Assembly (NCBI RefSeq): GCF_004010195.1 | Contig: NC_057718.1 | Coordinates: 30,758,767 to 30,822,766, forward strand | Source: Chiloscyllium plagiosum | Taxonomy: Eukaryota | Reading direction: 5' to 3' | DNA: 64,000 nucleotides | Shown: positions 11,721 through 26,222 of the stretch, one piece after another | How positions within the stretch are numbered: position 1 is the first letter of the stretch | How the letters are laid out: each line of letters starts with the position of its first letter | Translations under genes and position numbers: made by a program | The notes under the pieces: generated by a model | The model's input: the letters and a program-made list of their open reading frames with translations, nothing else | Told to the model about the DNA's origin: nothing | Databases searched by the model: none

Positions 11721-14439
11721 AAATGGTACTGATAAAATATATATAAAGTAATAACATTAAATAAGTATTGTTAGCATGCAGTTGCTGGTCTAAAATGTTG
11801 TTACAATGAAGGGAAATGGAAGTTTGTACACATATACTTACAGACATGTGTAGCTCATCATTTACCAGTGCTTATTTGGCGGTTACATTTTAATATTGGC
11901 AATGAGATAACAAAATAGTCAGCCTTTTATCATTAAAATATTGAACGTTTTTCTTAAAAAGTTTGCCTTGCACATCTGATTCTTATAATTCTGTTCTGCA
12001 GAATTCTATTGATCATCTTTACACCTGACTTACAGTACATATTAAAACACAAAGCTTGTTTAATAAACTCAAAATGCAGAATATAACATCTCTATAAAAT
12101 ATCAAAGTGATGCATGCAGATTAGTATGCCAAGTAGATAGCACCCAATTGTCAAAATATGGAAAGGCTAAAATAGGCTTTTTCAAAATTAGAATAAATAT
12201 ACAATGCCATATTTGTGACTCAATACTTTCCAGAAATATTTACAAATGTAGGAGGCAAACATGTGACTTATTTTATTGTGCAAGCCAAAAAACATCTGTA
12301 ATAATATACAATCATTTGTGTGAGCATGTTCTGATAACTGGCTTTTATACCCATCCCAGAATATGTTGCAAGTGCAGAGGGTTGAGTGATAATTAAGTGC
12401 AGTTATTGTTTTTAATCTCACAGTGGGTAATTATCATGTTTCTGATCTGAAGAACAATCACTACAAGCTGCAAAATAATACAAATTAGTGTTTGCATATT
12501 AAATTGTATACCATCATTTTTAAATACAGTCTTTTCAATTTCCGTAATTCAGCCAGATATAAATAACAATGGAGATAAATTAGATATGGTACATTTCTGC
12601 CAATATAGTAAAGATTTACCTTCATATAAATACATTTTAAAGAATAATAGTATTTTTGGCAGCTTTATGAATTTTTTTTCAGTAAATGAATGAAAATGTG
12701 CAGCTTTACATGACAAAATTGTGCCTCAGTTCCTTACATGCTGGCAAGAACCCCATTATTTAGTACTGTTTATGTTAATGCTGAATGTGTTTTAAAATGC
12801 TGCAAATTGTTCTGTGTGCAAGAAGCCAATACATCTGATGTTCCTACATCTAAGTCACAACATTAGTCAGGCTGATTGCCAGGGTGGAAAGAAAGTTGCT
12901 GGCAGGGTTGTGATTTGTTCTCAGAACTTATGATATGTTTCGTGACCACAGTTTCCCATGTGGCAAGGTCCTGATTTCAGCCATGTTGTAGTTGGCTGGT
13001 GATGAGCAAAGACCAGATGCATCCTTATAAAGATGGGAAAGGCAGCTGGAGGGACTTGGGTTACTCTTGCACATCTCCAAGCAGGCCATATCTATATCAA
13101 TTTAGGTGCATGAACCTGGTTTATTACTTAAAATCTAAGATGCCATGGCAAACTGGGACTCTGCTGTCTACCTTAGCAAACCTTAGTATACTGCTCTGTA
13201 TGGTTAAGCAACACACCGTGCTTTCAGACATTGATGGAATTCTGTCATGGTTTCTTAAAGTTCTAATTTTGAAATCAGAATTTTTAAAAAAACTTACTTC
13301 AGGGTATTAGGGGACAGTTTGAAGTTAAGCATACGAATGTCTGAATTTTTACAACATTGCTTCAGTACGTATTCTGATTTAGAGTCAAAGCAATTTCTGG
13401 TGTAGTGACCCAATGAATCCTCTGCTCCATCTGGCTATGTATTTACCGAATTGTTGCCCATATATTTCTTTCCAAACATTCACTATCCTTATTTCGCAAT
13501 CATTGAGCTGGCAATCTATTTACATCAGATTATGTGTTGAAGTTAGAAGACTCCATGTGCAGAATTATTGAAGTAACATTTAATTTAGTTTCAAATGTAA
13601 ACAACATTAGTTTGAGAGGAATAACTGGAGAGAATTAATGGGATTCATTTGTCTTCAATATATAACAGTAAAGAGGCCAAGGAACAGAACAGTGCACCTT
13701 CAGCAAGACAGAATGATTAAAAATGGATGTAATGTTTTAATTCATTAGTAGCTTAGATCTGGTGTAATTACTAGGGTGTAAGAACCCCATCTGCCTGCTT
13801 AACAGAACCAAATAATCCACTAATCATCCTTGCCATTGCCGTAATTTGATATTTTAAAAGCAGTAAACATAAAAAACAGACGAACATTTTATATAACAAG
13901 GTATGTATAATATTCCACACAGATATACTGAGCAGTAATAGTACTTCCAAATTAAAAATCTGCCTCTAGCTATGTGCATAAAATGCTAATTTTAGCGATT
14001 TTAATTTCATATATACATGAATACATTTTATGTCATTCTGAATTAGACTGGTAGATGTGTTAAGCCAATTATTTTGACCAATTCAAACCTGTAGGAGATA
14101 GAACTGATTGCATATGAGTAGATTATGTTAAATTTGTAAAACAACTTTAGGCACTGTAGTAAACATGATGTACCTATGTAGAAAGTTAATTTCATACATC
14201 GAAGTTTTCACAAATTTTTAATCATAAAGTTCAAAATGGCAGGAATATTGAAAAATAACACAATTTTTCTTTTTTAAAAAAGTGATGCAGTCCATTACAA
14301 TTAGATTTATGACAATATCAACACCAAACATCGTCACTAACATTTCCTGCCTAAAATCAACAAGCTAAACTGATCAATTCTTGGATATCGCTTAACAAAA
14401 TTCCTTTAGTAATGTGGATGTTCTTACATTGAGACATGT

Positions 14440-17250
14440 AACTTATTTTCGTGCGTTTTATTTTTCATCTTCGACCTCACGTCCGCTCTGGCGTCGCACG
14501 CCCAACATTCCATATCTTGTTCTCTAATCCTGTTGCAATGTCAACTCACTTGAGTTGCACACTCGCCGTGGAAGCATAGCTTTTTCAACACTGGGGTCAA
14601 GTGTTAACGACAACCTATCTACACTGTACGGTGCGAAATGACGGATGATCTGTGAATGATTTAGAGATGTATGGAGACGCCTCATTACCTTTGGGTGTGT
14701 AGGTGTTGTGGCACCGGTAAACTGTACACTTTTACCCATTCCCACTTTAAACACACAGTTAAAGCACACCCTTCCAGACGACTACTATTCGGTGTGAAAT
14801 TAGATTCTCACAGGGCTAATCCATTAATAGGTGTTATGAATTTTACTTTAGGAAACAGACAGGAGCCACTTCCGAAGTGAAATTATACTTTTGCAAAGAA
14901 TGGAGGGGGGCGGAGGTGTGTGGAGCTGCAAAGTCTTATTACATTGTTTGTGTCAATTAACTTGCAGTAAATTGTTCAATATTTCTTCATTCAAGATATA
15001 GAATTATATTAATGCCTATCTAAAATGAAAGTCTGCTTGAACTACTATGAAATTATATTCCTTAAACATTTTATTTCTTTCTTCGCTGCATCGAAAGACG
15101 ATTTACAGCGTTTTAATATTTTTAACTACTGTTGCTAACTTTGAAAGAGAAGACATAATTCTGACTATATTCAAACTCTTTATACTTCCATCATTAACGC
15201 GGCATCGTTAATCATCACAAATAGTCAGCAAAAGACTGAAAGGGATATGATAATTGACTGTTTAGGCAAGATAACGTGAATCAAACTGTTGTATTTTTTC
15301 CAGACTGTTCCACATTTGAAGGTTGTTTAGTATCTGTGTCTTTGTAGATTTTATTTTTCCCTCCCCCACACGCCCCAACGTGTTTGTATGCAGCAAAACA
15401 AAGAGGTGTTGTGGGCAATTTAATGTGTGTGCATGTAAATCTTTCTGAGTGTGACATAGATAGATATAGCTTCCAACATTGTTCTGATCCATACTTTAGG
15501 CCAGCAGCCAAAGCATTTTATCTTTTAATGCATTAGAGTGATCTTCCAATTAGCTGCAGTCTATAATACCCTGATTTGGGGACAGGGAGGGGGTGGGGGG
15601 GAAGCTTGATAGTTCTGCTCGACAGGCAAAATGAGGGGGCTTATTATGGAAAGAGCAGAGGTTGCGCAGTAGCTGGGCTGTGTTGTAAAGTTTGTAGATA
15701 AGAGGAAACTGGCCCTTGAGCATCCATTCTATTCTGTATATTAACACTTCTAATCTGCAGTGCTGATAAAACGCTAGCCATTTGCCTTTGGAGGAATTAA
15801 TTCTTGAGTTACTGTTGTAACCAGGCGACAGTGATTAACCTCTAAACTGTCCAATATTCTCTGCAGAATTATGTTCCTGGATTATAAACTACTTAGTTTT
15901 GTCCAACTAAATGAACATTTTTCTTCCCCTCTGAGAAATGAGATCTGGAAGGTATGCTGCCTAATCGAAACACTGCATCATTTGTGGAATGTCAGTCAAA
16001 AATGCAATCCCTGACAGAGCAGCCTTCTTACAATGCCAATTTAAATAATTTCCAATCCTTTCTTTAGCGTTATTCAAAAAGATCATAATAATTTTCCCGT
16101 GGCCAAAGCACAAGAAATCAATTATTTCCCCCACAAAGACTTGAAAGCACTTAGCATATGCTGCAAGAAAAGCTTTGGGTTATAACAATTTGAAATTGCA
16201 CTCATTACACGCAACACAATTAGTTGCCACTAGTCTGGTTGGCGCTTTAATTCCGAATGGCATATCTATATTATTACAGAAACAAGCATGCAAACAGCAT
16301 TGTTTGGGATTTACGGGAATCAATAGGATATCGTGTTTTACATTCGGTAGGCAATGTCACTCAATCTGCTGCGGATTAGAGATAGCGTCTGCATTCGAAT
16401 TAATGAAGGCAGCGTGAAACATCACTCGTGACACACAAATAAAGGAGGAAATGTATACATGATTTTTTTTGTACAAGATGTGTTTCGTGTAATTTGATGT
16501 AATAAAACACCGCTATTGTTTTCCCAAATAGTGGTTATTGTCACACTGGTTTCCCTGTAAGAATGATGTGAAGCTGTGGTCGGGCGAAAGATGGTGGAGT
16601 TAGCTCTTAAAACCTAACGGTTCCAATAAAATTATTGTGGCCATAATATTTTCTATTTCAAACAGCCAATATTAAATATCATTTTTAATATGCGGAATAA
16701 AAGGTACAACGGTGCTATAAACTGGAACAGAATATTATTTTGTACCTTAATAGCAGAGCAGGTGGATTAGTGTCAACACTACAATAGGATGAACAATAAT
16801 GAGTTTTAATTTTTAAAGTATTAGTTGAATGCAGGACGCGCAGAAAGCAAATACTGAGAAAAATATTTTGGATATTTATTACATTCTCTGTACTTCCACA
16901 ACATTTGTGATAGCATTCAAAATGTTCTCACAGAATGAACAATGGCATGCGATATGTTTATGCATTGGTAAATTTTTCATCTGTCCTGATCCTCCGTGTT
17001 GGTGTGTGTGCGTGTAAAGTTTTGTTACTAACAGAACTTCAGCAGTAGATCTTTTCAAATGCAACACAATACTTCTAAATAGGTCACAGTTTCTCTGCTT
17101 TAGCCAGCGCATTTGGGGCCTGTAAAATGTAATTCATACAAAGCACACTAAAATGTTTGCTCATCGGTACAATAGAGTCACTGGGACTGAACTGTTCTAG
17201 AGCATCTCATCCTATCAGCTGTGGCCTGAGGCGAGAGAAGAATGAGGTAA
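14440..17250. promoter_or_regulatory. CpG-retaining, TE-free segment (putative non-methylated regulatory domain)
   Basis: Visibly more CpGs than the flanks despite AT-richness, e.g. TCGACCTCACGTCCGCTCTGGCGTCGCACG at 14471-14500 and AACGCGGCATCG near 15196; several TAATCC/GGATTA and GATA sites. Confidence 0.4.
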
Positions 17251-18699
17251 GGTCAGTCAATTATGTGTGGTAATCACTGTAAGCATATTATCTGAGACCC
17301 AGATGTCTTTGCTGACCCCACATGACATAGCTATTAACCTCACAGCAATAGGAATGTTGGGGGAGGGGGGAGAGAAGGAGGAGTTACCAATTCCCTAAGT
17401 AAACCAGTCTTTTCACTTCATGATTGTGCACCTACTTACAGGAAGCTGGAGATGCCCACAGTTTCAGGCACAGCTATCCAAAAGCATGACCTCACACTGT
17501 TCACTGTGGTTTGGTGGCTTGGTCTGTCTGTAGTCCTTTTCATTGAGCCCAGTCATGTGAGATAAAGAGCAACATCATGAAAGAATGCAGCTGACAAACA
17601 GGGCAATGAGATATGTGAAATGGGAAGGAAAGACAACTCCGTTGTAACTATTGGGCTCACCACGTAAGATTAGTATTGGAATGTGCAACTCTACCAATGA
17701 AAGAGCAGTCTAAAAAATACTGCACATCCACTCAGTATATTGTACAGTTGCTATTCATCCTGACTAGAGCACAGCATGCTATATTTAATTAATATCTAGC
17801 AGTTTCATAAGTACAAGAATGATCTTAAATGACATGTGTAATGATCTCAGATAACGTTATTACTGTACAAGTCAGATCCCAGACTGAAAAATGGTTTGAA
17901 ACTTTATTTAGATTTAGAAATGTGGTCTTTCACTGGAACATAAGCATGCAATGCTGGAGATTCAGGTTTAACAAGAAAAAAGAAATTTATTATGCTAAAG
18001 AAATTATTATAAAATAGAATAATCTAATCTATTTACTTAAGAAACAGATTTAAAGATTTTCAAACACATGATTAACTACAATCCTATTAATCCCAACAGC
18101 ACTCCTTCATTGTACTCAAACACCAGTGCATCCCTTTTCTATTAGTCATAAGGCTTAACTTACCTGTGGCTTCAATTCACTGGTCTTGACATTCTGATCA
18201 CCACATCCTTGAGCCTTAATACTATCTATTTTAGAATTTCTCAGCTTCAAATTATCCCTTCAGTGTTTTGACCAAACACTTTTGGTATGGAACATTAAAA
18301 TTTAAATCATTAGACAGAGAGAATCTATTTCTTAACAGTTCTAAACAATTTCCCTTTTTTTGTAGCATCAGTTTTACACATCCAGCTTCACCAAAGATTC
18401 CTGCAAACCTGCCAAACTGAAATGCAAAGCCTTTTTCCCAAGCCATGGGTGTTTTCCCTAATCAAAATTTCTGACCTCAAAACTGAAAGACTACTGAATA
18501 ACTATTTACTTTGTTTGCTCACAAAAAAAAACTCTTCCAATTAAAGCAGTACTTTGTTGCATGCCAGGATTTCTCTTACTTTTTTTAAAAAAAGGAAATC
18601 AACATGGTGAGAGAACCACCTACAAGGTAATCATTAAACCCTTCAGTAAAACAAACAAAAACAGATATGCCACTAGTTCAAATCCTAAATATCATATAA

Positions 18700-19090
18700 A
18701 TCACACACCTTACTTCTCACTTCCCTGAAGTAGAATGAAAATGTATCTTTCAGAGGCATTTCCATAACTTACCAAAATTATCTTAGCATTTCTTTGAGAT
18801 CACACTCCTAACAGAATACATTGATATTAACCACACAATGTGTGTTGCATTATTTTACCACATTTTACGTATGTTCATGGGCAACACATGACAGAAGGGA
18901 ATTTGGTGCCCTTTGAACATGCACTTGAAAGAGCGTCACTATAACATTTCCTTTCCCAGATATATAAACAATTTTCAACTTGTAATGTTGAAGAATTAAT
19001 CTCCACCAAAACAATAGGTTTCTGTAATAGCCTTTGTAAGTCACCTTGATCATTTTCTTAAAGATAAAATATGATGATATCTAACCTTTT
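18700..19090 (-). mobile_element. Gypsy LTR retrotransposon relic (RNase H C-terminus)
   Basis: LFWWRLILQHYKLKIVYISGKGNVI resembles RWSLxLQxYxxxIxHIxGKENVxAD. Confidence 0.65.
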
Positions 19091-19164
19091 CAGCACATCT
19101 GTGTTTTCCAATCTGATTGAAAGAAGTTCAACTTTTGAGGTTTCAGTTTCAGATCCCTTCTTCC

Positions 19165-21674
19165 CTGGGACTTCGATGTTATAGCCATTTCAGAGACAGG
19201 ATAGAGCAGGGACAGGAATGGTTGTTGCAGGTTCGAGGATTTAGATGTTTTAGTAAGCACAGAGAAGATGGTAAAAAAAGGGGGAGTTGTGGCATTGTTA
19301 GTCAAGGACGGTATTACAGTGGCAGAAAGGACGTTTGAGGACACATCTACTGAGGTGGACTGAGGGTAGAAACAGGAAAGGAGCAGTCACCTGCTGGGAG
19401 TTTTCTATCGGTCTCTGAATAGTTCCAGGGATGTTGAGAAAAGGATAGCAAAGATGATTCCAGATAGGAGCGAGAGTAACAGGGTAATTGTTATGGGGGA
19501 CTTTAACCTTCCAAATATTGACTGGAAATACTGTAGTTCGAGTACATTAGATGGGTCAGTTTTTGTCCAATGTGTGTATGATGGTTTCCTGACACAGTAT
19601 GTGGACAAGCCAACAAGGGGTGAGGCCACATTGGATTTGGTATGGGGTAATGAACCCGGCCAGGTATAAGATTTGGAGGCAGGTGAGCACTTTGGTTATA
19701 GTGACCACAATTCAGTTATGTTTACTTTAGCAATGGAAATTGATAGATATATACCGCAGAGCAAAAGTTATAACTGGGGGAAAGGCAATTATGATGCAAT
19801 TAGGCAAGATTTAGGATGCATAGGATGGGGAAGGAAATTGCAGGGGATGGGCACAATTGAAATGTGGAGCTTATTCGAGGAACAGCTACTGCATGTCCTT
19901 GATAAGTATGTACCTGTCAAGGGGAAGTAGTTGAATAAGGGAGCTGTGGTTTACTAAAGAAGTTGAATCTCTTGTCAACAGGAAGAAGAAGGCTTATGTG
20001 AAGGCTCAGTGAGGGCGCTTGAGAGTTGGAAGAAGACAATGTTATCGAGGAGAATACTGAGATACAGGTTACTAGACTAAACAGGATTGAGGTTCACAAG
20101 GAGGAAGTGTGAGCAATTCTGGAATGTGTGTAAATAGATACGTCCCCTGGGCCTGATGGGATTTGTCCTAGGATTTCTGGGAAGTCAGGGAGGAGATTGT
20201 AGAGCCTTTGGCTTTCATCGTTATGTTGTCATTGTCTACAGGAATAGTATCAGAAGACTAGAGGATAGTAAATGTTGTCCCCTTGTTCAAGAAGAGGAGT
20301 AGAAACAACCCTAGTAATTATAGAACAGTGAGCCTTACTTCAGTGTGGGTAAAGTGTTTGAAAAAGTTATAAGAGGTAGGATTTATGACCATCTAGAAAG
20401 GAATAAGTTGATTAGGGATAGTCAACACAGTTTTATGAAGGGTAGGTCATCCCTCACAAACTTTTTTGAATTCTTTGAGAAGGTGAACAAATAGGTGGAT
20501 GAGGGTAAAGCAATTGATGTGGTGTATTGGATTTCAGTAAGGTGCTTAATAAGGTTCCCCGTAGTAGACTATTGCACAAAATACGGAGGCATGGAATTGC
20601 AGATGATTTAGTGGTTTTGATCAGAAATTGGCTAGCTGAAGAAAGACAGAGTGTGGTGGTTGATGGGAAATATTCATCCTGGAGTTCAGTTACTAGTGGT
20701 GTACCACAAGGATCTGTTTTGGGTCCAGTGCTGTTTGTCATTTTTATAAATGACTCAGATGAGGGCATAGAGGGATGGATTAGTAAATTTGCGGATGACA
20801 CTAAGGTTGGTGGAGTTGTGGATAGTGCCGAAGGATGTTGTGGGTTACAGAGGGACAAAGATAAGCTGCAGAGCTGGGCTGAGAGGTGGCAAATAGAGTA
20901 TAATGTGGAAAAGTGTGAGGTGACTCACTTTGAAAGGAACAACAGGAATAAAGAGTACAGGGCTAATGATAAGATTCTTGGTAGTGTAGATGAGCAGAGA
21001 GATCTCGGTGTCCATGAACATATATCCCTGAAAGTTGCCACCCAGGTTGATAGGGTTGTTAAGAAGGCATATGGTGTGTTAGATTTTGTTGGTAAAGGGA
21101 TTGAGTTTCGGAGCCACAAGGTCATGTTGCAGCTGTACAAAACTCTGGTGTGGCCGCACTTGGAGTATTGCATACAGTTCTGGTCATCACATTATAGGAA
21201 GGATTGCAAGTTTTGGAGAAGGTTCAGAGGCAATTCACCAGGATGTTGCTTGGTATGGAGGGAAGGTCTTATGAGGAAAAGCTGAGGCACTTGAGGCTGT
21301 TTTCGTTAGGGAGAAGGTTTAAAGGTGACTTAATTGAGACATACAAAATAATCAGAGTGTTAGATAGGGTGGACAGTCAAAGCTTTTTTCCTCTGATGGT
21401 GATGGCTACCACAAGGGGACATAGTTTTCAATTGAGGGTGACAGATATAGGACAGATGTCAGAGGTAGTTTGGGGGGGGCGGGGTGGAATGCCCTGCCTG
21501 CAGCAGTAATAGACTCACCAACTTTAACAGCATTTAAATGGTCATTGGATAAACATATGGATGAAAATGGAATAGTGTAGGATAGATAAACTTCAGATTG
21601 GTTCCACTGGTTGGTGCAATATCGAGGGCTGAAGGGTCTGTGCTGCACTGTAATGTTCTATGTTCTATGTTCTA
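19165..21674 (+). mobile_element. CR1 LINE (endonuclease + RT + 3' UTR) with an internal deletion near 20030
   Basis: VIVMGDFNLPNIDW, SDHNSV, GVPQGSVLGPVLF, SKFADDTK, LYKTLVWPHLEYC; (TGTTCTA)n tail 21652-21674. Confidence 0.95.
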
Positions 21675-22673
21675 ATTGTTGTGATATGTCTATTTTACTC
21701 ACTACTGACACTATTAATCTGGTCCAATCAGGGAGCCCTGGCTGACAGATATAAACAGGAGTGCCAAAGGTTCTGTTCAGTGTCAAGGACTTTCCATGTG
21801 TAAATAAAAGGTGATTTGGTGATGGGATACCGGCTTTTGTGGAGTTATTTGGAGTTATATGAGAGAAAAGCGTGGTCCTGAAGAAATTTGCTCACACTAG
21901 TCTTCTTTGAGATGGGATAAGCATTTCTGGTGTCTTGCCATTATTTAGGAAGCTTGACCCATTTGATCCTACTGTCGAAGGCTGGGTCTAGTATGTGGAA
22001 ATAATGCACTTTTTCAGGCAAGTGACATTGGGGCAGACGATAAACAGCGAGTAACTTTCTTGACGGCCTATGGACCTGCAGCCTTTTCAGTTATTAGGAG
22101 CCTAGTGTTTCCTGAAGCACCAGATACTAAAACCTCTCACGAGTTAATGAATTTATTAAGGGATATTATGACCGTAAGCCTCCTCTAATTCTGAGATACT
22201 ATCAGTTTTATTTAACAATTTGAGAACTAGGGGACTCCATATCAGGATTTTGGACTAGGTTAGGATGACTGGCGGATACGTGTGACTTTGGTTTAATCCT
22301 GAATGAGATGCCGACAGACTATTTGGTATGTGGGATTAATGATGTAACTATGCAAAAGCGCCTACTAGCTGAAGCCCAACTGGATTTCAAACACTACAAT
22401 TGGCTTTATCATTGGAGAATGCAGCAAGTGGAGCAAATGTGTTGCAGGGAATTCCGATGGATGTCCTCGCAAGTCCAACTGAGCTTAGGGAACACCATTT
22501 GAGTGAAGACAACTGCAGAACATCACTCCAGACATATACTGAACAGAGGGACTCTGGTCAGTCCATAGCAAAACCCCAAAACAAACCCAAGTCTTAGCCG
22601 AACAGTTAAAATGTTCCTCAGGATCTGGCCGGAAAGGCATTGTAGTTGCAGCTGGTAAGCAGACTTGAGACAG

Positions 22674-22952
22674 CAAAAGAGTCCTACTAGACTTAAATTG
22701 AGTAAAGTAACTCATAGGCTGATATCCAAGATAGTGTACACCCTGGAAACACCACCTCCACCTAGTTTGGAACAGTTACATTGCTTAGCAACATCCAAAT
22801 CAGAACCAATCAAAAGAGTCCTACTAGACTTAAATTGAGTAAAATAACTCATAGGCTGTTATCCAAGATAGTGTACACCCTGGAAACACCACCTATACTT
22901 GGTTTGGAATAGTTACATTGCTTAGCAACATCCAAATCAGAACCAATCAAAA
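22674..22952 (+). repeat. 137-bp tandem duplication inside the Gypsy gag-protease region
   Basis: Units 22674-22810 and 22811-22947 differ at about 7 positions; CAAAA microhomology at the junctions. Confidence 0.95.
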
Positions 22953-24642
22953 TAGACAGCTGGTTAAGTAGTTATCTGGTTCTAATGGAGGTCGATACCA
23001 GCGTGGCCATTTTAGTGATCTCAGAACTGGACTTAAACAAGATTTGCTTTGAACTCCAACCCTTAGAGTGTGCACGACCTCTGCTAGACTGAGAACCTAT
23101 ACAGGGAAACCTGTATAAGGGTACACACTCTGTTCCAATCTCTTATGAGAAGCAACTAGTTCAGTCCCACTGATTGTCATAAAAGGCTTGGGCCCAAGCT
23201 TGATAGGGGCGGAATTGGATGGGAAAGGTTCACTGAGATTGGCTCAACATTTTTCAATTAGAAAATGGCTGCCTGAATTAAATACCCAAAAGTTTCTTGG
23301 GATATCTAGGAACTATCAAAGGAGCTAAGGCCACCTTGCATATTGAACAGGAAGCAATTCCATGATTCTGCAAGGTCCACCCAGCACCATTGGCAAAAGT
23401 AGAGGCAGAAATCAGGAGGCTGCAAAGTGAAGGTATCATCAAACCAAACCAATCTGTGGAATGGGCAGCACTGATTGTACGGATTATGAAATCCATTTGG
23501 TTGGTTAAGCTTTGTGGGGATTTTCAACAAACAGTAACCCATTTTCCACAGTTGGATACAATCTCTCGCATTGAGGGTTTATATGCAAAACTGGCAGGGG
23601 GCTGTCCTTCATGAAGCTGGACATAAGCCATGCATACTTGTAACTGCGGTTAGTCACGGATTCTCAGAAGTATGCTGCAATTAATACCAATAAGGATTTG
23701 TACCAATACATGAGACTGCCATTTAGGGTATACTTTCAGTGGACGATGGAAAACATTTTACAAGGTCTATCCAGGTCACATTTGAGATGACGTACTAATA
23801 ACAGGGAAGACCAATAAGGAGCACTTAGAGAACTTGGACATAGTTCTTAGATGTTTCTCCCAGGTGGGCGTATGCCTTAGGAGGTAAAAATGTGTGTTGC
23901 AGGCATCCCAGACCTACCTGTGCTATATCGTCAACAAGACCATGGAAGATAAAGTGAAAGCAATCAAAGGTGCCCTGGCCCCTGTGTGAATATTGGAGCT
24001 TAGGTTCTTCATTGGGCAGGTGAAATATGTTGGAAAGTTCAAATATAACCTGGTCTCCATGCTGGCACCTTTGCATTAACTCTTACAAAAGCATTAGCCT
24101 TGGAAATGATCTCGTAGTCAAGTCATAACTTTCAGAGAAGCGAAGAAACAGCTTTCATCCTTTAATATGTTGGCACACTATGGTCCCAAGTGAGATCTTT
24201 GGCTAATGCAGAATGTAACTACATCCAGGTAGAGAAGGAAGGTTTGGCATTCATATTTGAAGTCAGGAAGTTCTACTAATACCTTTATTGATGTAAATTT
24301 GTAATAGTAACAGACCACAAACCCCAGCTAGGTTCTCTTAAAGAGGACAAGGCAGTGCAGCCCATAGCTTCCAGCTGAATTCAGCAGTGGACTCTAATAC
24401 TAAGTGTGTATAATTACAAGTTGGAACACTGTCCAGGAGACCAAATAGCAAATGCAGATGTATTGAGCTACCCTACTGGCAGATACCCACTGGAAGAGTC
24501 CGTAATTGTTTTAAATTTTCTGGACACACTTCCAGTCACAGCTGACAAAATATCAGACTTTGGAGGCAGAAAAATCCAGTCCTGGCAAAACTGAAACAGC
24601 TGGTTGTGTTGGAGGAAACCAGAGGTCTGTCACAACCAGAAT

Positions 24643-25293
24643 TGGATCTTGACCAGATGGGCCAATGGGCAGAGAAGTGGCAGATGGAGTTTAATTCAGA
24701 TAAATGCGAGATGCTGCATTTTGGGAAAATAAATCTTAGCAGGACTTATACACTTAATGGTAAGGTCCTGGGGAGTGTTGCTGAACAAAGAGACCTTGGA
24801 AGTGGAGTCACAGGTAGATAGGATAGTGAAGAAGGCATTTGGTATGCTTTCCTTTATTGGTCAGAGTATTGAGTACAGGAGTTGGGAGGTCATGTTGTGG
24901 CTGTACAGGACATTGGTTAGGCCACTGTTGGAATATTGCATGCAATTCTGGTCTCCTTCCTATCGGAAAGATGTTGTGAAACTTTTTTCCCTGGGGTCAG
25001 GGAGTCCAGAACTAGAGAGCATAGGTTTAGGGTAAGAGGGGAAAGATATAAAAGAGACCTAAGGGGCAACTATTTCACACAGAGGGTTGTACGTGTATGG
25101 AATGAGCTGCCAGAGGATGTGGTGGAGGCTGGTATAATTGCACCATTTAAGAGGCACTTGGGTAGGTATATGAATAGGAAGGGTTTGGAGGGATATGGGC
25201 CGGGTGCTGGCAGGTGGGACTAGATTGGGTTGGGGATATCTGGTAAGCATGGACGAGTTGGACTGAAGGGTCTGTTTCCCTGCTCTATGACCC
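24643..25293 (+). mobile_element. HER1-type CR1 3' fragment nested in Gypsy pol
   Basis: DLDQMGQWAEKWQMEFN, LYRTLVRPLLEYC, FTQRVVRVWNELP; internal deletion near 24983; CTCTATGAC tail; Gypsy sequence resumes after it. Confidence 0.92.
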
Positions 25294-26222
25294 TAGAACT
25301 TTATTTGAAACCTTTTTTCAACCTGGAGAGACCAGATCTCAATAAAGGACGGCATGTAATTATGGGGAGTAACGGTGATTTTCCATCAGGGTCATCCAGA
25401 GGTTTTCAAAATGTTGGCAAGAAGTTATATCTAGTGGCCAGGATTAGATGCATACATAGCTCTATTCTTGAGGCAGTGCCCAGAGTACCAACAAGGATAA
25501 AGATAACTGCCAGCAGTTCTCCCACATCATGGAAAAGGCTGGGTAAATCCTGGACCTGGTTACATGTTGACTATCCAGGTCCCTTCATGGGCTCAATGTT
25601 CTTAGTCATTATGGACACCCACTCAGAGTGGCTGGGCATGCATTGAGTTCATTCATCAATCAGAGGAACGATGATAGAAAAACTGCATGCATCTTTTGCA
25701 ATACACAGACTCCTGGAGTGTTGGTCACTGATAACGGGCAATCGTTTACCAGCAGGGAATTTGAATATTTCCTAATGTTGAATGATATTCATCATATAAG
25801 GACAGGTCTATATTATTCATCATTCAATGGTCTAGCAGAAAGAGCAGTCTTAAAGAAACAGCCTACACCTTCGCTAGATGCCAAACTTTGATTTTAGAAC
25901 CACCCGTCATGCAACTACAGGGATAGCTCCAGCAGAGTTGCTAATAAGGAGAATACTCCACACCAGGTTAAATCTGATCTTCCCAGACCTAGGGAGAAGG
26001 GTGAAATGGAATCAGGAACACCAATGCAGGATACAAACAAGAGAGACAGTTTACTTCAGGAAGCAAAGTATGGTGTAGGAATCATAGGAATGGCCCTGCA
26101 TGGGTACAGGGCATGGTCAACACAAGGTCAGATCCAGTGACATATAAAGTTCAGGTAGGTGTGACAGTTCTGAGCAAGCACGTGGACCATATGAAAGCTG
26201 CAAACTCTCAAATGGCATGGGA

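Noticed and set aside
20527..21285. 252-aa ORF with RT motifs as a functional gene
   Set aside because: Part of a CR1 ORF2 with upstream stops, frameshifts and an internal deletion.
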